From: Minisyncoccota bacterium
Lineage (GTDB): Bacteria > Patescibacteriota > Minisyncoccia > Phycocordibacterales > Phycocordibacteraceae
DNA: 64,000 nucleotides
Direction of reading: 5' to 3'
NCBI GenBank assembly: GCA_022841985.1
Contig: JALHQL010000006.1
Span: forward strand, 16-64,015
The position numbers and the translations under genes are program-made. The notes below the pieces were generated by a model. It was not told the origin of the DNA. It ran no database searches and worked only from the letters and a program-made list of their open reading frames with translations. Of this stretch, positions 38,953 through 47,605 are shown piece by piece; within the stretch, counting starts at the first letter, position 1, and every line of letters starts with the position of its first letter.

Positions 38953-40015
38953 GACCTATTGCTGTCGCGTACGCAAGTGACTCAGTGTAATCAAGCTGTG
39001 GAATCCACGCATCGCGCGAAGCAAAATTAGTGAACACGTCGCCGGTGGTAACGGGAATCCGCAGTGCGCCTTCGAGGTATTCAGGAAACCCGCGTATTGA
39101 GGCATTGCCGCCGGCGAGAATAGCATGCGATACCTTTTCATGGACTCCTTTGAGCGTCTCTTTTTCTTGCCAATAGTCGAGTCGGCGGGAAATCTCATCG
39201 CGAATTGCAGAAACTGTCGAGAGCATCGAAGCAAGATACTCTTCATTCCCCGGTGCGGGGACAATACCTCGTTCGGCCTTCACCACACGCGCTTCGGCAT
39301 CAGTAACGCCGAAATACTTTTGCACGGCGAGCGTGAGCGCATGCCCGCCGATGCTAATTGTTGTTGCAAAACGAGGTATACGCCCAACAACGATGGTCAT
39401 TTTTGTCGTTGTTTTCCCGACATCGATGATGAGTGCCGTCGAAGTATCCCCTTTCGGAAGGAGTGCGCGTGCCATAGCGAACGTCTCCCCTTCGATTGCT
39501 CGTACGCTGATATTCGCCTGATCAAACACCGAGAGCGTATCGTCGACAATACGCCGCGCAAAACCAATACCCGCGACAAGTTTGTCATCGTGCTCGCCTC
39601 GCCCTACCTCAACAATATCGAAGGATGTCTCCGCTGGAGGCAACGGTATGAGCTCGTCGAGACGCTGTTCAATCGCCGTACGCCATCCAGCCCTCCCCAC
39701 ATCTGGGACTGAGGTCTCAAAGAGGTATGCTTTTGACTCCGGCAGCATGATATTAGTCGCGGAGATGCCGGTCGCACGGGCAGCGGCAATGAGCGTATTG
39801 GCTACTGTTGCTCGGTCGACTATCTCGCCACTGACAAACGCCCCCGTAGGCAAAAGTATTTCCGTGCAACTTGCCAAGGTAAGACCCTGGACTCCTTCGG
39901 TGAGACGCACTGCCTTCACACCGCTTGTTGAAAGGTCGATACCCGAAAATGGAAGCGCGAGATACTGCGGTGGAGCGAAGGCGATGCGCAGACGCTTACT
40001 GAAAACGAAAGACAT
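38927..40015 (-). CDS. pilM: PilM, actin-like (FtsA/MreB-fold) type IV pilus assembly ATPase
   Basis: SGIDLSTSGVKAV..., GAFVSGEIVDRATVANTLIAA, IIDVGKTTTKMTIV are characteristic of the PilM/FtsA fold. Confidence 0.7.
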   Translation of the reverse strand: MSFVFSKRLRIAFAPPQYLALPFSGIDLSTSGVKAVRLTEGVQGLTLASCTEILLPTGAFVSGEIVDRATVANTLIAAARATGISATNIMLPESKAYLFETSVPDVGRAGWRTAIEQRLDELIPLPPAETSFDIVEVGRGEHDDKLVAGIGFARRIVDDTLSVFDQANISVRAIEGETFAMARALLPKGDTSTALIIDVGKTTTKMTIVVGRIPRFATTISIGGHALTLAVQKYFGVTDAEARVVKAERGIVPAPGNEEYLASMLSTVSAIRDEISRRLDYWQEKETLKGVHEKVSHAILAGGNASIRGFPEYLEGALRIPVTTGDVFTNFASRDAWIPQLDYTESLAYATAIGLALRDHHA

Positions 40016-40053
40016 GCAGATAGTATAACGCGGACATGCCCCGAATACGCATC

Positions 40054-40395
40054 TTAATGTGCACTGGTGCCAGGCGGCACATCCCTATCGGGCGTAAGAA
40101 ATGCAAATGTGTCGTCCGCACCGACAGCAAAAAGCATGCCGTTACTTTCAAGTCCACGTATTGTGCGCGGCTCAAGATTTGTTACAAACGCGAGCTGGCG
40201 ACCGACGAGTGATTGTGGATCCGACACATACGCTGCGATGCCGGAAACAATCTGCCGCGGACCGACCTCTTCCCCGAAATCGATCATGAGACGAAGAAGC
40301 TTATCCGTCTCGGGCACGCGCTCAGCAAAACGCACCGTACCAACTTTCACTTCGATCTTGCTAAACTCTTCAATTGATATACGTGGTTTATCCAT
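40054..40395 (-). CDS. tRNA-binding domain protein (CsaA / EMAP-Myf-like OB fold)
   Basis: IEEFSKIEVKVGTVRFAERVPETDKLLRLMIDFGEE...IVSGIAAY. Start at 40395 (cat at 40393-40395). Confidence 0.7.
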   Translation of the reverse strand: MDKPRISIEEFSKIEVKVGTVRFAERVPETDKLLRLMIDFGEEVGPRQIVSGIAAYVSDPQSLVGRQLAFVTNLEPRTIRGLESNGMLFAVGADDTFAFLTPDRDVPPGTSAH

Positions 40396-40801
40396 GGTCG
40401 GCGCGTGAGAGATACCCAGTAAGGATGAGTGCGGCAGCGGATGCATCGACGGCGACGTGTTTTTTCGGCGCTCGCGACTTCCCTTCTTTTTCTGGCGCGC
40501 GACGCGCTTGTGCACTCGTAAATACTTCAGACTCGAAGAACACCGGTACGCCCGCACGTTCGGTAATCAGAGAACCGAACGTGCGGGCGTCTTTCGCTAT
40601 CGGATTCTCTCCGCCCGCGAGAGTGCGCGACTCGCCTATAACCACTGCCCCGATATTTTCTTTCGCAATAAACGCACAAAGCTCATCGACGAGTCGTGGA
40701 GTGTTTGCAATTATAGAGTGAGGAAATCCCATCGCTCCCGATTCATCAGAAAGCGCGAGGCCTATTTTCTTACTTCCGTAATCAACACCGAGATATCGCA
40801 T
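40388..40801 (-). CDS. ruvX: putative pre-16S rRNA nuclease / Holliday-junction resolvase-like YqgF (RuvX)
   Basis: MRYLGVDYGSKKIGLALSD...GAVVIGE. Start at 40801. Confidence 0.8.
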   Translation of the reverse strand: MRYLGVDYGSKKIGLALSDESGAMGFPHSIIANTPRLVDELCAFIAKENIGAVVIGESRTLAGGENPIAKDARTFGSLITERAGVPVFFESEVFTSAQARRAPEKEGKSRAPKKHVAVDASAAALILTGYLSRADHG

Positions 40802-40808
40802 ATGTTCA

Positions 40809-41129
40809 GTGTATGGTATAACACAACGCATGTATACGTATATGCATGACCTGTCACCGCTCTACTTCCCTCTTGCTCCTGAACTTATGCTCACGGTACT
40901 CCCCTTTCTTATTCTCGTCGCCATCTGGACACTCGCTGTCAAAGGCTACGCGCTCTGGCATGCTGCACGCAATGGGCAAAAAGGGTGGTTCATTGTTCTT
41001 CTCATTATAAACACGCTTGGTATTCTCGAAATCGTATACCTCATTTGGTTCCGTTCTGACAAAAAGAACGCTTCTTATCCTGTGCACGACTCGCATACGC
41101 CAGCGGTGAATTCATCACCGCAGGCATAG
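40809..41129 (+). CDS. small two-TM membrane protein
   Basis: LMLTVLPFLILVAIWTLAV and GWFIVLLIINTLGILEIVYLIWF. Confidence 0.4.
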   Translation: MYGITQRMYTYMHDLSPLYFPLAPELMLTVLPFLILVAIWTLAVKGYALWHAARNGQKGWFIVLLIINTLGILEIVYLIWFRSDKKNASYPVHDSHTPAVNSSPQA

Positions 41130-41171
41130 TAATAATTTTGAAGTCAGCTTCTGTGAATAAGTGAGCAGCGG

Positions 41172-41579
41172 TTGCCCCTACCACTTATAATTGATGCGAT
41201 GAGGGAAACCCAGAGAAAAGGAGACGTCGCTGTTTCGCAAGCGATTGCAACATTTACAAAAGCGGGTTATGACGTCTCTGTTCCCCTTACAGAATCAGCT
41301 GCATATGATTTAATCGTGGAGAGGGACGGATTGATAAAACGGATACAGGTAAAATATTCGACTAGTGGAGAGGTTGACCTTCGTAGAATTCATTCAAACT
41401 CGACTGGGTATGTTGTTAAGAAGCCTAAAAAAGGCGCTTATGATTGGATTTACGTCTTTAAAGCCCTCTCTGAAAAAGAGTATCTTATTATCGACTGCCC
41501 TTTCGGTCGGCGGTCGATAACACCTGGAGTTCAGCATTCTATTAAAGTCGTACTGAAACAATTAGGAGGGGTCGCATAG
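41172..41579 (+). CDS. small PD-(D/E)xK-like nuclease-fold protein (Hjc-type or restriction-endonuclease-like). Tentative.
   Basis: AAYDLIVERDGLIKRIQVKYS fits a D...E-x-K core. Its 3' end overlaps the tRNA-Ser 5' end by about 15 nt. Confidence 0.35.
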   Translation: MPLPLIIDAMRETQRKGDVAVSQAIATFTKAGYDVSVPLTESAAYDLIVERDGLIKRIQVKYSTSGEVDLRRIHSNSTGYVVKKPKKGAYDWIYVFKALSEKEYLIIDCPFGRRSITPGVQHSIKVVLKQLGGVA

Positions 41580-41653
41580 TTGGTCTAGTGCAGTGGACTT
41601 GAAATCCACCGTACCGTAAGGTACCGCGAGTTCGAATCTCGCCCCCTCCGCCA
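41565..41653 (+). tRNA. tRNA-Ser (anticodon TGA) with encoded CCA. Integration target of the adjacent island.
   Basis: ggagggg...cccctcc acceptor, anticodon loop ctTGAaa, long variable arm cgtaccgtaaggtaccg, T-loop ttcgaat, then gCCA. Confidence 0.85.
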
Positions 41654-43147
41654 AAATTGGAAATCGGAATTGGAAGCCGAAATGGGGTCGGCGCGAAGCG
41701 CCGACACAAACGCATTCCCGCCAAGAATTCCCGAATTCAAAAGGTTTTTCCACGCTCCGCGTGGCTCAAAAAAGACGGTTCGATCCTTAATTTGAAAGTT
41801 CGAACCGACTTTTTTGTACAAATGAAGTTTTTCTTCATTTGTACACTCGTTTGCCAATTCCATATTGTATTTCAAAAACTTTTCGGTAAGTTCGAACCGA
41901 TTATTCGCTTTTTGCTCAAAAGCCGATAATTTCTCTTTGAGAAGCTGTTTAGAGCTAACCAAGGCATTTTTGGCGTCGCGATATTCTTCGAGCGACAAAG
42001 CGTTTTCGAGATAAGCATTCATCAGCTTCTCAATCTTGGAATTCAAAAGAGAAATATCGGCTTTTGTTTTGTCTGCAAAAAGCGTAGACGATTGGGCTTC
42101 ACTCAACATATCTTTTCTATTTTCCGCCAACATCCAAGAAGCCCAATCGTCGGGCAAAGAAACTTTTTTGATTTCCTTTTGAATTTCTGAAGTGATGATT
42201 TCTTCGCGACTATACTTTTGTGCGCAAGGATTTTTCCGTTTGGTACATCGCAAATAGTTATGACCTTTCTGCGTTTCGGTGGTAATGAAGCAACCACATT
42301 CTCCGCAACGGAAAAATCCTCTGTACAAAAATGGTTTCAATCCTCGCGACTTCGGTTTAGATTTTCTCATCATCACTTCCTGAACAAAATCAAAAAGTTT
42401 CTTTGTGATAATCGGTTCGTGCTTTCCCTCAAAAATCTCACCATTATATTTCATCAGTCCTGTATAGATAGGATTTTTGAGAAGTTTTTGATAATTCGAC
42501 ACCGCAAGTTCCTTTCCGCTTTTTCGTTTCAATCCAAGTCCGTTAAATTTGTCGCGAAGCTCCCGCAAAGTGAAAGACCCAGACGAATATGCCTCAAATG
42601 TTTTCTTGATTAAGGGTGCGATATTTTTATCAACAACAATTCTCCCGCCGACATTTAGATAGCCAAGTGGAGACATTTGAGGCCATATTCCGTCTTTCAC
42701 TTTGTTTCGCTTACCACGCTTTATATTCTCACTAAGGTTATCTACATAATACTTGGATTGCGAAAAAGCGATGGAAAGCATGAATTTGCCTTGCGGTGTC
42801 GGATCACACCAGAAAGTTGGAAATTTTAGCTCGGCAAGTTTTTCCGTATCGAGCAAGTAGATAATTTTTCCACCATCAACACTATTTCTCGCCAATCTGT
42901 CGGGATGCCATGCCAAAATCCCATTTGCTTCGCCTTGCTCGATACGGAGAAGCATTTCATTAAATACTGGCCGACCTGGTGCTTTAGCAGTTTGTTTCTC
43001 TACAAAAATATCTACCACCTCGATTTGTTCTTTAACCGCCAACTCTTTGAGTTCGGCCAGTTGATCGGAAATGCTTCTCACTTGCCGATCCTCTGTATCG
43101 GTTGATTTGCGAGTGTATATAAAAAACTTTCTGGTGTGATTATTCAT
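41585..43147 (-). CDS. large serine recombinase (resolvase/invertase catalytic domain, recombinase domain, zinc ribbon)
   Basis: FIYTRKSTDTEDRQVRSISDQ (catalytic Ser region), GILAWHPDRLARN, zinc ribbon CGECGCF...YLRC. Start trimmed to MNNHTRKFF at 43147. The open frame continues through IR1-L and antisense through the tRNA, so the true C-terminus is uncertain. Confidence 0.8.
   Translation of the reverse strand: MNNHTRKFFIYTRKSTDTEDRQVRSISDQLAELKELAVKEQIEVVDIFVEKQTAKAPGRPVFNEMLLRIEQGEANGILAWHPDRLARNSVDGGKIIYLLDTEKLAELKFPTFWCDPTPQGKFMLSIAFSQSKYYVDNLSENIKRGKRNKVKDGIWPQMSPLGYLNVGGRIVVDKNIAPLIKKTFEAYSSGSFTLRELRDKFNGLGLKRKSGKELAVSNYQKLLKNPIYTGLMKYNGEIFEGKHEPIITKKLFDFVQEVMMRKSKPKSRGLKPFLYRGFFRCGECGCFITTETQKGHNYLRCTKRKNPCAQKYSREEIITSEIQKEIKKVSLPDDWASWMLAENRKDMLSEAQSSTLFADKTKADISLLNSKIEKLMNAYLENALSLEEYRDAKNALVSSKQLLKEKLSAFEQKANNRFELTEKFLKYNMELANECTNEEKLHLYKKVGSNFQIKDRTVFFEPRGAWKNLLNSGILGGNAFVSALRADPISASNSDFQFWRRGRDSNSRYLTVRWISSPLH
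41648..41767. repeat. IR1-L, a 120-bp inverted repeat whose outer end is the tRNA-Ser 3' terminus (CCGCCA)
   Basis: Exact reverse complement of 43170-43289, checked base by base. Confidence 0.9.
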
Positions 43148-43169
43148 AATATTGTATTGGCAAACGAGT

Positions 43170-43289
43170 GAGCCACGCGGAGCGTGGAAAAACCTTTTGA
43201 ATTCGGGAATTCTTGGCGGGAATGCGTTTGTGTCGGCGCTTCGCGCCGACCCCATTTCGGCTTCCAATTCCGATTTCCAATTTTGGCGG
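43170..43289. repeat. IR1-R, inverted copy of IR1-L, ending in GGCGG
   Basis: Perfect 120-bp match to the reverse complement of 41648-41767. Confidence 0.9.
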
Positions 43290-43558
43290 TGTGTATTGGA
43301 CGAAGTTCGAATGTATTTCGGACAAAATCCGCAGGATTTTGACGACTAATCGCACGCGCGGAGCGCGTGGTGGCTTGAAACTGCATTGTACGCTCCGATA
43401 CTGTGCCAACACGAACGAATGCGCCTCGGACACGCTCGCGGACTCGCGTGTGCAAAAACCAAAAAATTTCCTTGCATTTTTCTCGCGTCTCCTCCCCCCA
43501 CCCCTCCACCGCGAAGCGGAAAAAGAAATGGAAAGGAAATTTTTGGTTTTGCTTCGCC
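43285..43558. repeat. IR2-L, a 274-bp structured repeat starting at the shared GGCGG core
   Basis: Reverse complement matches 49219-49492 almost exactly. It has internal hairpins (cacgcgc-gga-gcgcgtg, caaaatcc-gcag-ggattttg) and an internal inverted copy of ggaaatttttggtttt. The ORFs predicted inside it are artefacts of repeat DNA. Confidence 0.85.
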
Positions 43559-43662
43559 GTAGCCATAACAATATTATTTTGCACACTTGTATTATAACTT
43601 AACATTGAGTCAAAACACAAGAGAGTGCTATAATTAACCATGTTGATAAGTTTTTATATAAT

Positions 43663-43872
43663 ATGGCAAAATCCACAGCACAAAAATTTGGTGAGAACAT
43701 GAAAAAGATACGGCTCGAAAAAGGTATGTCGCAAGGCGACATTTGCCGTGAGTTAGGGTTAGACCGAGCGTATATTAGTAATGTTGAGAATGGCAAACAA
43801 AATCTTACCATTAGCACAATGGAAAAGGTCGCCAAGGCGCTGAGTGTGAGTATTGATATACTTCTGAAATAA
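43663..43872 (+). CDS. XRE/Cro-type HTH protein, probably the controller (C) protein of the restriction-modification system
   Basis: 69 aa. MSQGDICRELGLDRAYISNVENGKQNLTISTMEKVAKAL. Directly upstream of the M and R genes. Palindrome ttgagtcaa lies about 40 nt upstream. Confidence 0.65.
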   Translation: MAKSTAQKFGENMKKIRLEKGMSQGDICRELGLDRAYISNVENGKQNLTISTMEKVAKALSVSIDILLK

Positions 43873-43879
43873 TAATCAT

Positions 43880-45544
43880 ATGGCAAAGTTAAAAGACACC
43901 CCAAAACATGATAGACCTCGCGAGAAATTTCTCGAAAAAGGAAGCGACGCTCTGACCGACAGTGAGTTGTTGGCTATTTTGCTTGGAAGCGGTATCAAAG
44001 GAACCAACGTCAAATTACTTGCACAAAAAATATCTCGAAAATTTGGTGACAAGCTCATGGATGCGACAGTGGAGGATCTCGTACAGATTCCGGGTATCGG
44101 AAATGCCAAAGCTCTGCAAATTGCCTCAATGTTTGCACTGGCAAATCGAATGTATGAAAAGCACAACGGGGATGAGGAGCACAAAGTATTATCGGCGCTT
44201 GATGCAGCACGATTAGTCCCCGAATTAAAAACCGCAAAAAAGGAACATCTGGTTTGTCTTTACCTTAATGCACGAAGTGTATTGGTTCACAAAGAGATTG
44301 TTTCAGTTGGCACATTGGACAAAAGTATTATTCACCCCCGAGAAGTTTTTGCGCCTGGACTTGAAAAGCACGCCGCGAGCGTCATAGTTATTCATAATCA
44401 CCCATCAGGCGACCCTTCACCGAGTGACGAAGATAAACAAGTTGCCGCTCGAATTGTCGAAGCAGGCAAAATTGTCGGTATCAACGTACTTGATTTTCTT
44501 ATTATCGCGGAGCGAGGTGTACACAGCATTCTCGCAGAGTTGCAAAAAGTTGAGCCGAAAGCAACCGATTATGTTGCCGAAGGCAACCAAGGATCACTTT
44601 TTGATCTGCTTGTGGATTCTCGCCATATGTATTTTCTCGGAGTAAACGATAAAGCACCCGAACCTATAACAAAAACCAAACATAAGTTTATCGATCTCTT
44701 TGCAGGTATTGGTGGTTTCCATGTTGCCTTTCATAATGCGGGCGCTGAATGTGTGTTTGTGTCCGAATGGGACGAAAAAGCGCGAACTACGTACAGACAC
44801 AACTTTTATAAAGTATCTCCCGATATATTTAGAAATGGCAATTTCGTTGGCGATATCACTAAGGTGAACGAAAAAGAAATGCCTGATTTTGACATCATTA
44901 CGGGCGGCTTTCCTTGCCAGCCATTTTCACAAGCAGGTTTCAAGAAAGGTTTTAATGAAGCACGCGGCACATTGTTTTTTGATGTAGTTCGCCTTATGAA
45001 AGAAAAGAAACCTAAGGCATTTTTCCTTGAAAACGTGCGGGGTCTTTACGCACACGATGGAGGAAAAACATTTGAAACAATTAAGCGCATCATTGAAGAA
45101 GATCTCGGCTATTCATTCCATGCAAAAATCATTAAAGCATCAGATTTTGGTATGCCACAACACCGTCCGCGTTTGTTTATGGTCGGTTTCAGGGACGGAC
45201 ATGATTTTGAATGGCCCGAACCAGTCAATGAATTGAAATACACAATGTCCGATATTTTCGGTGGAAAGTGTAATAAAGATGTCGGCTTTACACTTCGTGT
45301 AGGAGGTCGCGGAAGCCAGATCACTGATCGACGCAACTGGGACGCGTATCGCGTGGATGGAAAAGTAGTCCAGCTCGGACCTAAAGAGGGCTTGAAAATG
45401 CAAGGATTCCCCGAGTGGTTTGAGTTTCCTGAAGATGTATCGTCAGTACAGTCTATGAAGCAGCTCGGCAACTCTGTCGCTGTACCTGCAATTCAAGCTG
45501 TTGCGGAAAGAATAATTGAAACACTAGAAAAATATGACAAATAA
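43880..45544 (+). CDS. fusion protein of an N-terminal RadC-like JAB/MPN domain and a C-terminal C5 cytosine DNA methyltransferase
   Basis: RadC HhH (VQIPGIGNAKALQI) and JAMM motif (IVIHNHPSGDPSPSDED). MTase motifs I FIDLFAGIGGFHVAF, IV GGFPCQPFSQAG, VI ENVRGL, VIII QHRPRLFMVGF, X KQLGNSVAVP. Confidence 0.8.
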   Translation: MAKLKDTPKHDRPREKFLEKGSDALTDSELLAILLGSGIKGTNVKLLAQKISRKFGDKLMDATVEDLVQIPGIGNAKALQIASMFALANRMYEKHNGDEEHKVLSALDAARLVPELKTAKKEHLVCLYLNARSVLVHKEIVSVGTLDKSIIHPREVFAPGLEKHAASVIVIHNHPSGDPSPSDEDKQVAARIVEAGKIVGINVLDFLIIAERGVHSILAELQKVEPKATDYVAEGNQGSLFDLLVDSRHMYFLGVNDKAPEPITKTKHKFIDLFAGIGGFHVAFHNAGAECVFVSEWDEKARTTYRHNFYKVSPDIFRNGNFVGDITKVNEKEMPDFDIITGGFPCQPFSQAGFKKGFNEARGTLFFDVVRLMKEKKPKAFFLENVRGLYAHDGGKTFETIKRIIEEDLGYSFHAKIIKASDFGMPQHRPRLFMVGFRDGHDFEWPEPVNELKYTMSDIFGGKCNKDVGFTLRVGGRGSQITDRRNWDAYRVDGKVVQLGPKEGLKMQGFPEWFEFPEDVSSVQSMKQLGNSVAVPAIQAVAERIIETLEKYDK

Positions 45545-46625
45545 AACTAAAACAACTCTCACAGGTAACAAAGGCGAATGGTCTGAGTTCTATGCCTTTA
45601 TTAAAATCCTGACTGACGGGAAAGTTTTTACTGCTGACAAAAATCTAAAAATCCTTGAGGAACATTTTCATATTGTCCTAAAAATTATCCGACAAGAAGC
45701 GATTGGAAAGAAAGAATACGACATCTCAAGAAACGATGGCAAAGTTATTGTATCTGATGAAAATGCAGAGATATCAATAATTGATCTTGAAAAAATCAAA
45801 GGGAGTGTCGCCAACGTTTTTGAGCAAATTAAAAATTCCAAAGGCACGACATTTGAAGTCGCGAGCGCGGCAAGTCCGATGCACGATCTTCACTGTACTC
45901 AAATGCGTGCTTCGAGTGGTAAAAAAGCCGACTTGACCATTGTTCTGCATGATAAAAAATCTCCCGAATTCCCAGAACTCGGTTTCAGTATCAAATCAAT
46001 GCTCGGTTCTCCGGCAACACTCCTAAATGCTTCTGGTGCTACAAATTTTCTATACCGCATTGCAACAGAAGATAATAAGCCCGTACAAAGTAGTGATGAT
46101 ATGTCGGTGAGAGATGCGACAAAACTGACGTATGGTGTCGGTGCACAACTTGAGTTTATTGGAATGGATAGCGATGTTTTCCGTCGTAATCTGCGAAAAA
46201 TTGATTCCATATTTCCCGAAATAGTTGCTCAAATGTTGCGACATTACTACATGGGAGAAGCGACTACAATCAATGATCTCGCAAACAAAATTGCAGATGA
46301 TTCCGTCTTTATGGAGCGAATCGACTTTACCAAAGAAATGCTGATAATGAACATCAAACGTTTCCTATCAAGCATTGCCCTCGGAATGATGCCAAGCAAA
46401 GATTGGGACGGATACACCGAAGCGCATGGCGGATATATCATCGTTAAAGAAGACGGTGATGTTGTCTGCTACCATCTCTATAACCGCGACAAATTTGAGG
46501 ACTATCTATTCCATAACACAAAACTCGATACGCCTAGCACTACTCGTCATGGATTTGGGAAAATCTATAAAGAAAATGACGAACAAAGAATGAAGCTTAA
46601 TTTACAAATACGATTTTTGAAATAA
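45534..46625 (+). CDS. probable cognate type II restriction endonuclease (363 aa). Family not assignable by eye; an HpaII-like family is possible.
   Basis: Start overlaps the MTase stop (ATGACAAATAA). Size and position fit an R gene. No catalytic motif is confidently identified. Confidence 0.45.
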   Translation: MTNKTKTTLTGNKGEWSEFYAFIKILTDGKVFTADKNLKILEEHFHIVLKIIRQEAIGKKEYDISRNDGKVIVSDENAEISIIDLEKIKGSVANVFEQIKNSKGTTFEVASAASPMHDLHCTQMRASSGKKADLTIVLHDKKSPEFPELGFSIKSMLGSPATLLNASGATNFLYRIATEDNKPVQSSDDMSVRDATKLTYGVGAQLEFIGMDSDVFRRNLRKIDSIFPEIVAQMLRHYYMGEATTINDLANKIADDSVFMERIDFTKEMLIMNIKRFLSSIALGMMPSKDWDGYTEAHGGYIIVKEDGDVVCYHLYNRDKFEDYLFHNTKLDTPSTTRHGFGKIYKENDEQRMKLNLQIRFLK

Positions 46626-46803
46626 AAAATTGCCAGATGTTGTGTAAGCAAGACAATCGAACGAAGTTGGGGAAATAAGCCACAAAGCGAAAAGTGCTTG
46701 ATTTGTATTGATAAGAGAGTAATCCTTACTTTGGCGCTTGACTCCTTATTTTAAGGCGCGTATAATAGATACGCGGTTATTTATTTTACTTATCAATCAA
46801 TTT

Positions 46804-47031
46804 ATGGAAGAAAAATCATCGGTAAATAAGTCAAAAATTGAGAAAAAGATGAACGTTATCATTTCTTTGCTTTTGAAAATTGCAAATGATGGGGGTACGG
46901 TAAGTCTAAAAGAGCAAGTGCGTGACCTTGCCTCATTTGGTTTGGATTCAGCAGAGATTGCCGAAATTACAGGTAAAAAGGTGGGGCATGTTAGTAAAGA
47001 ATTATCAGTATTAAAAAAGGAGAGTAAATAG
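46804..47031 (+). CDS. mini HTH protein 1 (75 aa), first of four tandem paralogs
   Basis: MNVIISLLLKIA...FGLDSAEIAEITGKKVGHVSKEL. Lrp/AsnC-like or sigma70-region-4-like HTH. Confidence 0.5.
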   Translation: MEEKSSVNKSKIEKKMNVIISLLLKIANDGGTVSLKEQVRDLASFGLDSAEIAEITGKKVGHVSKELSVLKKESK

Positions 47032-47034
47032 CCT

Positions 47035-47256
47035 ATGGAAAACAAAAATGACATTTTACAACAAGTCTCGAAGAAACTGAGTATTTTAATCGCACTCCAG
47101 CTTCAGGGTGAGAATAAAGTGGTTGAGGTAAAAGAAAACGTGGAAAAACTTTCCAGATTCGGACTTACAGACAGTGAGATCGCAGAAATCCTCGGCACCA
47201 CAGCAGGTACCGTATCAGTTGCTAAAGCTAGAATTAAAAAAGCTAGATCAAAATAA
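47035..47256 (+). CDS. mini HTH protein 2 (73 aa)
   Basis: LSILIALQLQGE...FGLTDSEIAEILGTTAGTVSVAKARIKK. Starts 3 nt after the paralog 1 stop. Confidence 0.5.
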   Translation: MENKNDILQQVSKKLSILIALQLQGENKVVEVKENVEKLSRFGLTDSEIAEILGTTAGTVSVAKARIKKARSK

Positions 47257-47259
47257 AGT

Positions 47260-47436
47260 ATGGCAAAGAATAAACAAAATCGTGATCCCCTTGAAGACGT
47301 GCGAGAAACTCTAAAAAGTATTCTCGTACTAGAATTATTTAAGTTAAATATTCCGCAGGTGGATATTGCTAAAAAGTTGCGAATGGACTTAAACGCGGTG
47401 AATGCCTTCCTGAAAGGAATTAAGAAAGATAAATAA
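47260..47436 (+). CDS. mini HTH protein 3 (58 aa)
   Basis: LKSILVLELFKLNIPQVDIAKKLRMDLNAVNAFLKGI. Below the ORF-track size cutoff. atg at 47260, taa at 47434-47436. Confidence 0.4.
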   Translation: MAKNKQNRDPLEDVRETLKSILVLELFKLNIPQVDIAKKLRMDLNAVNAFLKGIKKDK

Positions 47437-47437
47437 T

Positions 47438-47602
47438 ATGGGTAGAAAAACTAAAAGCGAAAAACTGGAGCCTTTGGAGGAGATTAAACGACTACTTGTT
47501 CTCGGGCTTATAAATCAGGGCGTAAAAGGAAAAGACATCGCCGCCATTCTGGAGGTTGATCCAGCAATTATTAGTCGTTTGATTTCATCTACGAAAAAAT
47601 AG
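47438..47602 (+). CDS. mini HTH protein 4 (54 aa)
   Basis: IKRLLVLGLINQGVKGKDIAAILEVDPAIISRLI. atg at 47438, 1 nt after the paralog 3 stop. Confidence 0.4.
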   Translation: MGRKTKSEKLEPLEEIKRLLVLGLINQGVKGKDIAAILEVDPAIISRLISSTKK

Positions 47603-47605
47603 TAT

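Noticed and set aside
41585-41767. The C-terminal about 60 codons of the serine recombinase ORF as genuine coding sequence.
   Set aside because: This stretch is IR1-L plus the antisense of tRNA-Ser. The open frame is probably fortuitous read-through. The real stop may be created or destroyed by the recombination junction, so the 3' end is reported as uncertain rather than as a separate feature.
43140-43641. ORFs of 129-165 aa predicted inside the IR1/IR2 repeats, for example 43144..43641(-) and 43213..43602(+). The same peptides reappear at 49178..49523 and 48973..49374.
   Set aside because: The same peptide sequences arise from both copies, which lie in opposite orientations on opposite strands. 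This tracks the DNA repeat, not a gene. They have no start context and are Arg/Pro-rich from GC-rich hairpin DNA.
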